From the NCBI GenBank assembly GCA_951406725.2, contig OX597830.1, forward strand, positions 39,122,001 to 39,186,000: 64,000 bases of DNA, in the 5' to 3' direction. The DNA is from Octopus vulgaris (lineage: Eukaryota). Each line of letters opens with the position of its first letter. Positions within the stretch are counted from its first letter, which is position 1. Positions 28,882 to 42,236 of this stretch are shown piece after piece. The translations under genes and the position numbers were made by a program. The notes under the pieces were generated by a model that worked only from the letters and a program-made list of their open reading frames with translations, did not search any database and had not been told where the DNA came from.

Positions 28882-28920
28882 TCTTTTACGTTTCGAGCTT
28901 ACGCTCTTCGACAGAAAAGA
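28882..28920 (-). ncRNA. Minimal hammerhead-like motif with CUGUCGA core (second copy)
   Basis: UCUUUU-CUGUCGA-A-GAGC(GUAA)GCUC-GAAAC-GUA-AAAGA; the tail runs to (TA)n at 28790-28812. Confidence 0.5.
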
Positions 28921-28927
28921 ACACACA

Positions 28928-28970
<43 letters not shown>

Positions 28971-28971
28971 A

Positions 28972-29002
<31 letters not shown>

Positions 29003-29051
29003 CACACAAACACATATGCATATAAACACGCACATCTAAGGTGATATAAAT

Positions 29052-29229
29052 TTGGTTGGTTGGTTTGTTGGTTGGTTGGTTTGTTGGTTGGTTGGTTGGT
29101 TGGTTGGCTGGTTGGCTGGTTGGTTGGTTAGTTGGTTGGTTGGTTGGTTGGTTGGTTGGTTGGTTGGTTGGTTGGTTGGCTGGTTGGTTGGTTGGTTGGT
29201 TGGTTGGTTGATTGGTCTGTTGGTTGGTT
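29052..29229. repeat. (TGGT)n microsatellite
   Basis: Direct reading; gives the NQPT/WLVG ORFs. Confidence 0.95.
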
Positions 29230-29594
29230 CGTATGTCGATTTCTCCAGTTGCATTTTATATAGTATAGAAAGAGTGAAAGACGGAGCAAAAGAGATATAC
29301 AAATTGACTTAATGTTGCTTTAAAGCATTATATACTTCTCTTTTGAAAATGAGTATAATATTAAAACTTTTGCAGTAAGTTTTATTATAATTGACAGCAT
29401 CACATTCCCTGATCCTACCCATAGTGGAAAAGGTATGAATAAAGGCTTCACCTCGTAATGGGTAACACTCAACTTTATATTACACATATGAATATATACC
29501 TATAAGTGTGTATGCATATATACTTATATATAAGATATATATGTACGTATCTATATGAATACTACATGTATATTCATACTCATGCATATAAATA

Positions 29595-29647
<53 letters not shown>

Positions 29648-29686
29648 AAAAAAGGTTTGAAAATGCAATTTAAACGATGTTTATTT

Positions 29687-29727
29687 ACTTAACCGGTTTC
29701 ACTCTTTGGTAAAAGATTGTCAAAAGT
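29687..29727 (-). ncRNA. Hammerhead-like motif with UUGACAA core (left arm)
   Basis: Exact reverse complement of 31919-31959. Confidence 0.55.
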
Positions 29728-30509
29728 TACATTTAAGGAAACATTGAATAATATGGGTTCAAAAAAGCTTTTTACATAATTGTCACATTGAATATTATTC
29801 ATTCAAAAAAGTTTTTTACATAATTGTCACATTGGATATTATGAATTCAAAAATGTTTTTTTATACATAATTGTCACATTACATGTATAAATATAGTGTT
29901 TGGTAACAGAGAAGTTCAATAGTGTGATGAGAATATTTGGGAAAATTTGGCAGAAAAGGATAAAACAAATATATTATTGGGAATTGGTTGCGTTAATTAT
30001 TGGTTGTCGCAAATTGTCACATTACATGTATATATATACAATCTTTGGTATATATATACAGCGTTTTGACAGCAAAAATTAAAATGGATTTTTTGTACAT
30101 CTCAGAATATTTTAAGTATGTTTTTACTGACCTGTCAGTATTAGCAGAAAGGCTGAACTGAGAGAACAGAAGAAGTAGCCAATGTGGTGTATACTTCCCC
30201 TTTATGCATGAATGATTTTGGGGTTATCAGGAGGTTAGTATGCGGGTGTGGATAGATGTGTCCGTGCCTGCTGGTCAGATAGCGTCTGTTTGTCACACAC
30301 ATATATATACACACAAACACACACACACACAACACACACACACACACACATAGTATACAAACACACACCACATACAAACAACACACACACACACAGAACA
30401 CACACACCCACACACAACGCACCCACATATATCACATATACACACAGCACACAAATATAACATGTATCTATATATAACATACACAGATATATAACACACA
30501 TACACATAC

Positions 30510-30543
<34 letters not shown>

Positions 30544-31091
30544 ACACACGCACACATACATACATAATATAAATATCACACAAATACACCTAGCATATAT
30601 ATACACACATACAATACACACATACAGCATGTAAGTAATATACATACACAATATATGCATGCAATATACATACGCAATACATACATATAATATATATATA
30701 TATAGACAATGCATATACATATATACACATATACATATAAATAGTGTTTACATACACATACATAGATGTACCACATATACACACAACACACATACATACA
30801 ATGCATACACATACACGTACGCATACATATAATATATATATACACACACACACATAACATACATACACACACAATGCATACATATATATACACGCAATGC
30901 ATATACATGTATTCATGCATATATAGCACACCTACAATATACATATATACAGTGCACACATACACACAAATATATACACTTAATTGTACACGTACATATA
31001 CAATACACATACATACAATATACATATACACAATGCGCATGCAAATAATGTACATGTTTATACACACATAAACATGCAAATAAATATACAC

Positions 31092-31132
<41 letters not shown>

Positions 31133-31918
31133 GTGTGTGTATGTGTGTTATATATCTGTGTATGTTATATATAGATACATGTTATATTTGTGTGCTGTGT
31201 GTATATGTGATATATGTGGGTGCGTTGTGTGTGGGTGTGTGTGTTCTGTGTGTGTGTGTGTTGTTTGTATGTGGTGTGTTTTTGTATACTATGTGTGTGT
31301 GTGTGTGTGTTGTTGTGTGTGTGTGTGTTTGTGTGTATATATATGTGTGTGACAAACAGACGCTATCTGACCAGCAGGCACGGACACATCTATTCACACC
31401 CGCATACTAACCTCCTGATAACCCCAAAATCATTCATGCATAAAGGGGAAGTATACACCACATTGGCTACTTCTTCTGTTCTCTCAGTTCAGCCTTTCTG
31501 CTAATACTGACAGGTCAGTAAAAACATACTTAAAATATTCTGAGATGTACAAAAAATCCATTTTAATTTTTGCTGTCAAAACGCTGTATATATATACCAA
31601 AGATTGTATATATATACATGTAATGTGACAATTTGCGACAACCAATAATTAACGCAACCAATTCCCAATAATATATTTGTTTTATCCTTTTCTGCCAAAT
31701 TTTCCCAAATATTCTCATCACACTATTGAACTTCTCTGTTACCAAACACTATATTTATACATGTAATGTGACAATTATGTATAAAAAAACATTTTTGAAT
31801 TCATAATATCCAATGTGACAATTATGTAAAAAACTTTTTTGAATGCATAATATTCAATGTGACAATTATGTAAAAAACTTTTTTTGAACCCATATTATTC
31901 AATGTTTCCTTAAATGTA

Positions 31919-31959
31919 ACTTTTGACAATCTTTTACCAAAGAGTGAAACCGGTTAAGT
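31919..31959 (+). ncRNA. Hammerhead-like motif with UUGACAA core (right arm)
   Basis: ACUU-UUGACAA-UCUUU(UACC)AAAGA-GU-GAAAC-CG-GUU|AAGU; palindromic stem III AACCGGUU; TATATA about 42 nt downstream. Confidence 0.55.
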
Positions 31960-32420
31960 AAATAAACATCGTTTAAATTGCATTTTCAAACCTTTTTTCT
32001 TATATAATCCCACTCGTGCGATACCCCACAACTCAACTTTTTTATATATATATATATATATATACAGCCGGGTCGGCCAACTTCCTTTCGTTGGCGGCCT
32101 CCTACAAGTGAACACGCTTTTTTCCTGCGTTCTTGAATTTTTCCTCGTCTAGGCCAAAAAAGGCCCTCATTGTTTGTTTCCTTGTTTATTTTTATTTCTT
32201 GTACTGTATTTTTTTGTAATTGTATTTTTATTTTGTATTTGTTTTTTTTTATTTTGTAAATTTATTTGTATCGTTTTTACGTCCTGTTTTTGTCACATTT
32301 TTTTCTTTCCTTGTTTTTACCCCCCTGCAAAGGAATTTTATTTAATTCTTTCGCATGAAGGGTTAGTTCGACGAGTCGTGTTCTGTCCTTACCTTCGAAA
32401 CACGCATGGAGTTGAATTAG

Positions 32421-32465
32421 GGACAGCTGATGAAGGGGAATTTTCCTTGATTGATTGTCTTGTAC
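32421..32465 (+). ncRNA. Half-hammerhead: CUGAUGA plus stem II, lacking GAAA
   Basis: GGACAG-CUGAUGA-AGGGGA(AUU)UUCCUU-GAUUGAUU-GUC-UUGUAC within a T-rich repeat starting at (TA)n 32044-32063. Confidence 0.3.
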
Positions 32466-33685
32466 TCTGTTTTTTTTCGTTGTTAAAAAAGGTCCATTTC
32501 CATGTTTGTTTTTACGATCCACCCACACAGCGATTGTTAGCGGTTACTACAATAGCAACTTTTACTGTTTACAAACTTAGACCAGATTCTATTCTGAAAT
32601 ATAACTATATATAACTCATATTTTTCATAGTTAAGCAATATTTGTTTTCTATCAATCCTTTGAGACTGTGCGTCTATTGAACAAACTATATATATGCGTT
32701 ATATATTTCCTCTACACTAGTTGATTCAATATTTTAACAATCTATTCGTTACTTTAATGTTTTATGAGTCCTTCCTTTTATGTTAGAAATAAAATTTAAG
32801 AAAACTTTATTGCATAAGCTTATATATTATTTATGAATAATAATATATATTTACATAATTTTATATATCAAAATATTAAATCAAAAATTATTTATCTCAC
32901 AAGCAGCATGAACAACAGTCCTTTTTAGTTGCTAGAATTAATAACCAAATTTCCCTCAAATCATAGGCTAGTGTCATAAAACAGTACGGTGTTCATTAGA
33001 TAATATCTAATATTTGATTCCCTGCCTTTTTACAACATTCTGGGACAAAGAAACCGAACTCTTATGGCATATTTGAATGACTTACAAAAGAGGAAAACCG
33101 AGTATACCGTCGGAATGCTTGCAAATATATCTTCTCTGATAATGGTAATCAAAGACCATATACAGTTGTTAAACCATACCATCATGACATACAAATGGTT
33201 GCAGCTACATTGAATATACGTATTCTCTATCAGAACTGATATGCAGCTAAATACCAATAACTACAGCAATAATTTATATTCTACTGTTATTCTTTCGTTA
33301 ACTTTCTGCTTTAGCCTGTATTAAGTATGTTTTGCAGTCGCACTTCCTCTTGTCATCTTAGCGAATTAGCCCATAAGCCAAAATACTTGTAATCGCTACT
33401 ATGGACACCTATTTGTATTTTCACACCAAGAAAACAATATTATTTATTTTCAAGCAGCAAAAACAAGAAGTTCATACAAGGCATCAGAATAATTTAAAAT
33501 TTTTATTTCAGTGTTAGTAGATATACTATCTAGAAGATGTTTATATATATATATATATGTGTGTGTGTGAGTGTGTGTGAGTGTGTGTGTGTGTGAGTGT
33601 GTGTGTGTGTGTATTGATAGAAATGGTAAGACAACAAAAGAATGAAAGAGACTTCGATATTATGTAAATAGAGGAATTTATCTGA

Positions 33686-33838
33686 AAATATAATTTGTGA
33701 CAATTATTCGGTAGCCACGAAAAATCTCCGAGTTTCAGATGCCGGGGAGGAAACCCATGCCGCCATCTTTTCACTTATCCGGACATCGAAACTCGGAGTT
33801 TTATCATGGCTACCGAATAATTGCCACATATTGTATTT
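33686..33838. repeat. Imperfect inverted repeat (about 60-bp arms) containing a decayed HHR (33722-33779, minus)
   Basis: GTGACAATTATTCGGTAGCCA..CTCCGAGTTTC pairs with GAAACTCGGAG..TGGCTACCGAATAATTGCCAC. Combining the arms gives GAUAA-GUGAAAA-GAUG..CAUC-GAAACUCGGAGUU|UUAUC. Confidence 0.7.
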
Positions 33839-33840
33839 AC

Positions 33841-33871
<31 letters not shown>

Positions 33872-33949
33872 TATGTAAATATGTAAATATATATATACAA
33901 AATATGGGGTGTTTAGGTACGCTAGGAAAGTGCCGTTACGATTATAGGA

Positions 33950-34010
33950 CTAATAGGACTAGTAATAATATTGATATTAGCACCAACGGCAATATTACCA
34001 TTACTAAAAA

Positions 34011-34054
<44 letters not shown>

Positions 34055-34411
34055 ACACTCCTACCACAAACGCTACTATTAATAGTTGCAATAATAACGT
34101 CACTAATATCACCTGACTACCACTGCTAATACTAACATTACTACTATTAATGCTACGACTGACGCTGCTGCTGGTACTACTACCACTACTATTACTACTA
34201 CTACTACTAATAATAATAATAATAATAATTATTATTATTATTGTTGTTGTTGTTATTATTATTATTATTATTATTATCATAGTGATACCGACAACGATAA
34301 TGATGATAATAATAATGATAATGGTAAAGCTAGTGTTGATATTGATACTAGAAATGACAATATCACGAACGATTCATCTAATACTACTATCGCCACTATC
34401 AAACACTACCA

Positions 34412-34452
<41 letters not shown>
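33950..34452. repeat. Compound (ACT)n/(AAT)n/(ATT)n/(CT)n microsatellite block
   Basis: Direct reading. Confidence 0.9.
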
Positions 34453-34455
<3 letters not shown>

Positions 34456-34815
34456 ATTAACCATCGTAGAACTGATAGCTGCAACTGCAGATCTGGGACA
34501 GACTGCCCGCTGCAAGCCCATTGCAGAAGATTCAACGATGTATACCAATGCACCGTTCACAACATAGTAAATAACTCCGATAGCTACTACATTGGATAAA
34601 CCAAATTTCAAGGAAGATGTTATGCACATTTAAACTCGTTTAGATATAAAGAGAATGGCAATTCCACATCACTAGCCTGCCACGTACATCATGTGATTAA
34701 TGGGAAGATACAATATACACTTTCCTGGGCTATAATAGACTCTGGTATCCCAAATCAGGACCAGCAGTGCTTAATAAATACAACGAAGCCTTCGCAACGT
34801 GAAATTCCTTCATAA
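34453..34815 (+). pseudogene. Degenerate GIY-YIG endonuclease of a Penelope-like retroelement (Naiad-like)
   Basis: Reads SCNCRSGTDCPLQAHCRRFNDVYQCTV..YYIG*TKFQGRCYAHLNSFRYKENGNSTSLACHV..YTLSWAII: CxCx5C linker, VY..YIG, R..H..SF, STSL, W motifs; one in-frame stop. Confidence 0.8.
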
Positions 34816-36392
34816 ATCTAAATGCAAATTCAATCACCACCAATAACATCCTCTATGATCATTAACCCATACCCCTATGTATCTCTTCTATCAACCTTAC
34901 TTCATCACTTTATAAGATAAATATTAATTCTTTAATTTATTTTTAGACCATAACCAAATAAATCCCCTAATATTTAATTCTAACGCTTACTCCTAAATAA
35001 TTTAATATTCAACTAGTTTCTCTATGAATGACTACCTACACACCCATAGGATCATTGCTAAAATTAATTCTACAGCCACTAACCTTAGCCAGAACGGACA
35101 CAAGCTCTTACTACTGCATTTCCTCCCGAACCCCTGTAGGCTAGAAGAATACCACTGGGCCTTACAATTCTCTTTAAATTCCTTTCATTTCACTTTATTT
35201 TGTTAATTTTGTTCTTTTACATTATCTTCTTTTACCTCCTCCTCCTCCTCTGTTATCTTCCTGGCTACTTTTATACACTATATTCTTAGACACTACTTTT
35301 TATATATCTTGCGTTATCCTTAACTTCCTCCCTCACTCTCTCTACCTCTCTATTTATTTAGAAAGTGGTGTTGGTCTGTTATTTGATAAAATGAGAAGGA
35401 TGTAAAAATGTTAGTGTGATGGAAATGCAGTGGCATAGTGAGTGTGATTGATATCAGGGAATGGGAGAACATGATTGTATAAGCCACAAATAGGGAGTAG
35501 CAGTAGGATGATAACGTTAATACAGCTGCCATTCATGGATATACATGCAACACTCCATTCATACTTTCATAAATATATAGATATATGTATACACACACTC
35601 ACACACATGCACACATGTATATACACAAAACTATCTTTTAAAACGCCAAGAAATGCAAATAAAGGTGGGTATGAGCTACACGTAGCTTTAAAGAGAGAGG
35701 GGTAGGTGCTTTTCTGATGTCTATCACAAAGAAGCATGCACATACATATGTATACATGCATACATACATATGTCTATTATACACCATTTTAAATTCGTGA
35801 TTACCTGTGTGTATGTTTGTAAATGCATGTGTGTGTTTGTGTGAGTGCGCGCGCACGCGCGCGATGTCCTGAAACTGTCTGTGTCTCTGCCTCTCTAGGG
35901 TCTTCTCTGTTGCTATCACATAGTGTGAATTTTATTAAATTGCCTCGAAATTTTCAAATTTGGTATGTTGAAATAATATTTTGACTTTGTTATTTATTTG
36001 TTCCAGAAAAATGAAGAAAAATGCTACTGAGATTTAAAGTTCAATCAAGTTTACCTAATCAGAAAACAGGATTTCTAAGGTGGCATTTTCTGCCTGATAG
36101 TTGTCTATCACAAAATGAAAGCAATATCACTACGAGAAAGAATTTTTTATTAAACAAACGAGAGCTAGGCATTGCGACGACCATGTTAATAACTTTTAAT
36201 GAATAAAATCATTTTAAACGGTCGAATAGACATGTAAATAATTTCAAAAGGAAAAAGAACCTCATCGAAGATTTTTTGAGAAAATTTGCACAAATCTGTC
36301 TGATTAAGAGACTTATCTATCTGGAAGGCATAGTCTTACATGGAGTAAACAAAAATTTATACATGACATTCTATTTTAATGCTAATACGCAC

Positions 36393-36466
<74 letters not shown>

Positions 36467-38188
36467 ATAGATATATATATATATGTAAAGATAAACATTC
36501 GTACATGCTACGACGAATTCTACGGTTGGCTATCGAGCTTGTAACGTTATGTTCTTTCTTATATGTCTTGAGTTTGTTGCACTGATGAACATAGAATGCA
36601 TATTCTGCATTAATTGCGAAATCACAGGTGATATGTAACTAAATTTTTTTTTGAAATGATTTGCTTTGAAGTTTTGCATTCGGTAAAATTTTGTTTATTT
36701 TAGTAGTTTTGACCGCATTGGACCCTCTTAGCGTGTGGTATCTACGAATAATAGTACCCTCAATATAATATAAATAAATATTTTCAAAGTGGAAAAATTC
36801 ACGGATTTTTTCTCTTACGAGGTTTTTCACGCTAACTACTGATAATTTCTTGTAAAGATTTTATCCTCAATTGTTAATATATATATATATGACTTGTAAC
36901 ACTATAATATAACACACCTATATTAATTGGAGAATCATTTCGTTAGAAAAAAACATGGAAGTCAAGTTAACTACAACATAGGGTTGTTGTTCGTTTCCTC
37001 TTTATTTTTTTAAATTTTCTGCTTCAATTTCATTTCACCAATTGAGAATTCCTCATGTATTTGCATTTTTCTATATAAAGGCGCGTGTAGGTCATTGCTC
37101 CAGCTGCTAGCAACAAGTGGCACACGACCGCTTAGAAGAGATGGAGAATAATGCGGTCCTGGATGTCTCGTGTTTTGGAAAGAGACGGAGTGTTCACCAG
37201 CAACACATCATTACCCATAGATCTTCCCGAATTATCCGTGAATTAGGTCTTCACTATTCATATAAATATGATGAAAAGAAACTTTTATAACTGGTGGTAG
37301 AATTTTGAAGTCTCAGGTACCTAACAGTTTCAACATTTTATATTTGTAAATCGTCCGACATCCTTGTGCCCGAAATATCTCTATCAATGACATGTTTACC
37401 ACAGAGAACTTTTTATTTTTGTTTATTTTTGCTATTATTTTGGTCAGCTGAGTTCGTAACACAGTTAAACTTACCGTTTGAAGTTATTTTACATAACATT
37501 TGACACAAATTTTATCGGGGTGATTATCTCATACTGAAAACTTTGAACGATTCACATCTGAAAGGAAGAGATAAAATCAAACTTCATTTGTATTTCATTA
37601 AACAAAGACAGCTAATTTTCTTTTATGAGATAATACTAGCCTTCCTGAAGCATAGCAACGATACTATTTCTAATGAAATCTAACTTCTGAAAAATCTCTT
37701 ATAATCAAATTACTTTATAATGTAATTAAGCGAGGGAGACAGGAAGAGGATGTGAGAGAAAAAAATCATCCTTTACTTTATAAATACTGCTTCTTCCTTT
37801 TATTTCTGGATAATTTAATTATCAGTAGGAAGCAATTACAAAATGCCATGGAAATTAACTTGGAAATTGGTGACCTGATGCAAGAAAGATATGTTGTTAG
37901 TCCCAGGAAGTAAGGAAATGGTATTTTGACATTAATAATATTTGTATTATTGATTTATTTTGCGAATTTCTCTTTCAATATTAACATAGTATATTGTTGT
38001 ATTTTATGATAATGTTTCTGTAAAACATTCATAATTGTATATAGGTGTGTGCATAAGTTGGGGTATGTGTGTGCAAAATGGGCACTGCATGATCCCGTTG
38101 TATACAAACGACGTTTGCTTCGCAGTCACAAAATCCTATGTTCAGTCACACTACGTGGCACTTTGCCCGGGCGTGTTTCACATTAGTC

Positions 38189-38233
38189 TAAAGACGGCCT
38201 ATGCCTTAAGGTTTAAGGCATAGGCCGTCTTTA
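38189..38233. repeat. Perfect 21-bp hairpin with 3-nt loop, inside a decayed family-A-like SINE head
   Basis: TAAAGACGGCCTATGCCTTAA-GGT-TTAAGGCATAGGCCGTCTTTA. Confidence 0.95.
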
Positions 38234-39427
38234 AGGTTTAAAGTGAGCAATTAGAACTCGTGTGCCTGTCTATTGCATAGATTACCTATAACCCACAGCA
38301 CTAGAATTGTTGCACACTGCGTGATGCTAATTCTGCATTATGTTACATTTAAGGTGCACATGCACATGCAATAGTCAACAGGTTGCACACTAATTCAATG
38401 AATAAATGGATCACTTAGGTGTTCGTTAGCGAAACTGGCGGACATGCATTTACCCGTCTCTGCATCTACGTTAAGACAGATGACTGACTAGAATATAAGA
38501 GGGACAGATTACAATAGAGAAATAACTAAATTATTGGTGAGCATCTTGCTGTTTCGACGATGCCTATTCAAATGTTTAAGCAACTGAGCGAGACACTCGT
38601 TAAATTGACGTCTAATTGGTTGGTTATCTCATAAATTCCTTTAACATAATCATGAAATCGTAAACCAGGATATTATGTCACAAAGGAGAAGCTTTGCATT
38701 TCAGGCACATTGGATTCACACAGAAGACAAGTTGCTCTTTCGCATGAATAACACGTTTGTGTAATAGAATTTTGTTTTTATATCATCTAATTTCTTTATT
38801 AAATCTAGTAACAATATTAGACAGCCAAAATAACAGCCGTGGATATTACGGACTTAAAATTTGACTTCTAATATGCGTGGATATATCTATAGCATCACTT
38901 TTTTGTAAATTAAACAAAACTAATAATCGAAATATTGTAAAAGACGCCAAGTTTGTATCCAGTTTCATTCACAATGGTCGGAATGAACCGAAGTAGATAA
39001 AAGCTAAATGGTTTCTCCATGGCACCACGCAGTAAGATCGAACCCGATACCTTATGAGAGAAAAGCCAATTTTTTTTTAAGTACTCGTGATATGCTTGAG
39101 CTCACATAGTGTTACAATATAAAATATGACATAAATTTTTATAATTCAATATTATTTTGTTTCAGTGCGTAGTGACTGGGGTTTATTTTGATAATTTTGT
39201 TTGGGAAAGTCGTATTATTCTCCATGATATATGGAAGTCCTGTCAGGTGCGTGAGAGATTGATGCCCGATCCAGATATACTGCGATCAATACCTGACTGG
39301 GTATAAGTGTGAACATCGCAAAAAGAGTCCAAAGACGAGTTGGTGGTATTACTTTGTGTACATTTTGCATATTATAATTAGACAAAATTGAGTGAACTTT
39401 ATTTCATATCTAATAATGATTTCAAAT

Positions 39428-39595
39428 TTTGGCACAAGGTCGGGCAACTTTGGGGAAGGGAATATATCAATTATATCGACCCCAGTACTCAACTGGTACT
39501 TTTTGTATCGACCCCGACGATGAAAGGCAAAGTCGATTTCGGCAGAATTTGAACGTAAAGTCTGACGAAATTCTCCTAAACATTTTGCCCGTCGC
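39428..39595 (-). mobile_element. SINE family B fragment
   Basis: ATCGACCCCAGTACTCAACTGGTACT..ATCGACCCCG..GATGAAAGGCAAAGTCG shared with the family. Confidence 0.75.
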
Positions 39596-41389
39596 TTTAT
39601 ATTACAGATTTAATAATACAGAAGAATTGAGTGACATTTCCATACTTGAACAGGTAACGTAGTGCATTCATGTCTATTGTTGGTAGTGTTCAATCTCATT
39701 TCAATCCCAAACAGATTCATTACCAAAGTCGTTATTTCAGTGGCTAACTCGTCCTTTTAGAAATGCTGTGTATCAGTTTATATTATCCAATATGCCCTTG
39801 AGAGGGCAATGTTTCATTTTGTGGAGATTTGGTTGTTATTTCTAGCATGTGAAGTAACCACGAATCGGAAATACGTTCAGTGCAGTGGATATCTCATCTC
39901 ATTCATTGTTCATTTAATGCATATGTATTTTCTTATTCCACAGACAGTGTTTGAACTCAGTACTGCAAGCTACCTAAGCACACGCGATTTACATAAAGTT
40001 TCCCCTTATAAGTTATTAAATCAAATACTGCCGAAATACAACACTGCAGTTGATATATGAATATTTGACTGCTAGACTGATACACGAACCATCATACGCC
40101 CAATTTCTATTCTCCTTATAAAACTTAATGTATGGTTTAAAATAATTAAAGTTTTTCTCAGAACGTGGACGAAAGCACTGGAGCCGAGTCCTTTGCAAAC
40201 GTTAATAGAAATATTATCAATTAGCAAATTCCAATAACTTAAAAAAGAATGTTCTTTCAGCCTTTCAGCCTTTCACACTTCATTACTTCTTTATTTACCC
40301 TTAGCCCCACTTGAGTAGCTTAATAAAATAATGATATATTAGTTCTTGCCAAGAAAATGTATTCGAGGTCAGTAAATAAAGAAAAGTTAATAAGTGTTCT
40401 GGACACCAGTTAAATAGTGCAGTAAGAAAGCATAATAGCAGTTATAGAATTTATATCTAATATTCGCACTGAAACTTATTCACTGGTGCAACTATGACAT
40501 TTCGGCTGACCATAATATTTGCCAATCAAACTACGCTAAACTACCATCAAACATAGGCTGTATTATTATAAAGATTTCAGATCTTAGTTAATAGAAAATT
40601 TCTTAGTTCAGCATGATTGTGATAAAACCTTGAATAATCACCAAATTTATTATGAAAACACTTGGCTTGCGAGAACCTAATCAACTATATAAACACATAC
40701 AAAGCTGTTTATGCCAACCGCATAACCGAGTAGCATTGACAAAGTCACACTCTTAGATACCTACAATGATTATTTATTAAACAAATATATTGGAATAGCA
40801 TAGAAAACGTGCTCCATCAAGAGAAGCTTTCCAATCGTGGCTTGAACATAAAAGCTAATCTCGCCCTATTTGCAGACTGGATTTAGTCATTAAATACACT
40901 ATCCATTGCTATTTATTTGCAATACATCCCACAGTATTTGAAGGTGTTGTAGTGGCAGCAAATATTAAATACATTATAACGAAACTTATATAAACGATAT
41001 GGGTTTCTTGTGTATATTTGTAGAGGGGAAAAAGGAAACAATATATATACTTGTATAAAATTATTGATATATAAAGTCAATTGCTGTTTTGTACGAGCAA
41101 AATACCTTTGCATATCGAATAGATTTTTTAATACAAATTTTTATTAACCCAAGAGATAATATTAATCTTAGAATAAATTTTGTATAAATCATGTAAAACA
41201 GCTGACAAAATAATATTGGGATGTAAGGGACGTACAAACATCTGATATGAAACCAATGCGGATGTATCTTGAGCCATCTTGAATATTAATTATATACATT
41301 TGCAATAATTTCTATGAAATGTTAAATCAAAGTATTTAAACGTTAACATTAGTTGTTTCCTTAAAGTGACAAACTGACAAATTTGTTAA

Positions 41390-41745
41390 CACGTCGAACA
41401 AATATGCTTAACGGCATTTCGACCACCGTGGCCGACTTTGCTTTTCAGGGTCGATAAAATAAATGCTGGGTCGGTCTAATCGATTTAGACCCTGGCCCCG
41501 AATTTGCCAAAACTTGAAACCTATACTCCTTATTTCCTTCATGAGGTTAACTGGTAGAATATTGACCGTGCCGGTTTTTCGTCCGATTTTACGTTCTGCG
41601 TTCAAATTCCGCTGAGGTCGACTTTGTCTTCATCATTCCTTGGTCGCCAAAATAAGTAGCAGTTAAGCACTGGGGTCGATGTAATCGATTTAGTTCCTCC
41701 CCTGAAATTGTTGGCCTTGCGTCACAGTCTGAAATCATTATTACT
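41390..41745 (+). mobile_element. Two adjacent SINE family B fragments
   Basis: CGACTTTG..GGGTCGATAAAATAA at about 41430, and GTTCAAATTCCGCTGAGGTCGACTTTG..GCACTGGGGTCGATGTAATCGA at about 41600. Confidence 0.7.
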
Positions 41746-42032
41746 TGTTTCGTCACACTTCCAGCGGATATTCTTTTCAAACTTGCTTCTCAGAAAGTTA
41801 AATATTAACTTAATCATATTTTTATGACTAATGAAATCCTAGAAAAGAAGGAAATGCGTGGTTGTCATTGAACTTTTCTATTCACCCTTTATGTCTATTA
41901 TCGACTTCAGTAATTTGGTTACATGACATGTTTAGCCACATCAGGATAAATACATGCGGCTGCGAATCACTCAGGCAACACATTTAAGTTAATAACAAAT
42001 ATATTAAACACATTCACACACCAACGCGTATA

Positions 42033-42078
<46 letters not shown>

Positions 42079-42130
42079 TACATTATATATATATATATAT
42101 ATATATATACATACATATATACGTATATGC

Positions 42131-42161
<31 letters not shown>

Positions 42162-42169
42162 TATGTATA

Positions 42170-42236
<67 letters not shown>

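Larger units (their letters stand above)
29640..32006. repeat. Long inverted repeat: about 900-bp arms (29640-30538 and 31095-32006) around a 555-bp CA/TA-rich spacer
   Basis: The arms are almost exact reverse complements; the same 60-aa ORF appears at 29900-30082(+) and 31563-31745(-). Each arm has a 44-bp x3 tandem repeat (29747-29880). Confidence 0.95.

Noticed and set aside
29747-29880. 44-bp repeats resembling a CRISPR array
   Set aside because: The units are contiguous tandem copies without unique spacers, there are no cas genes, and the context is eukaryotic.
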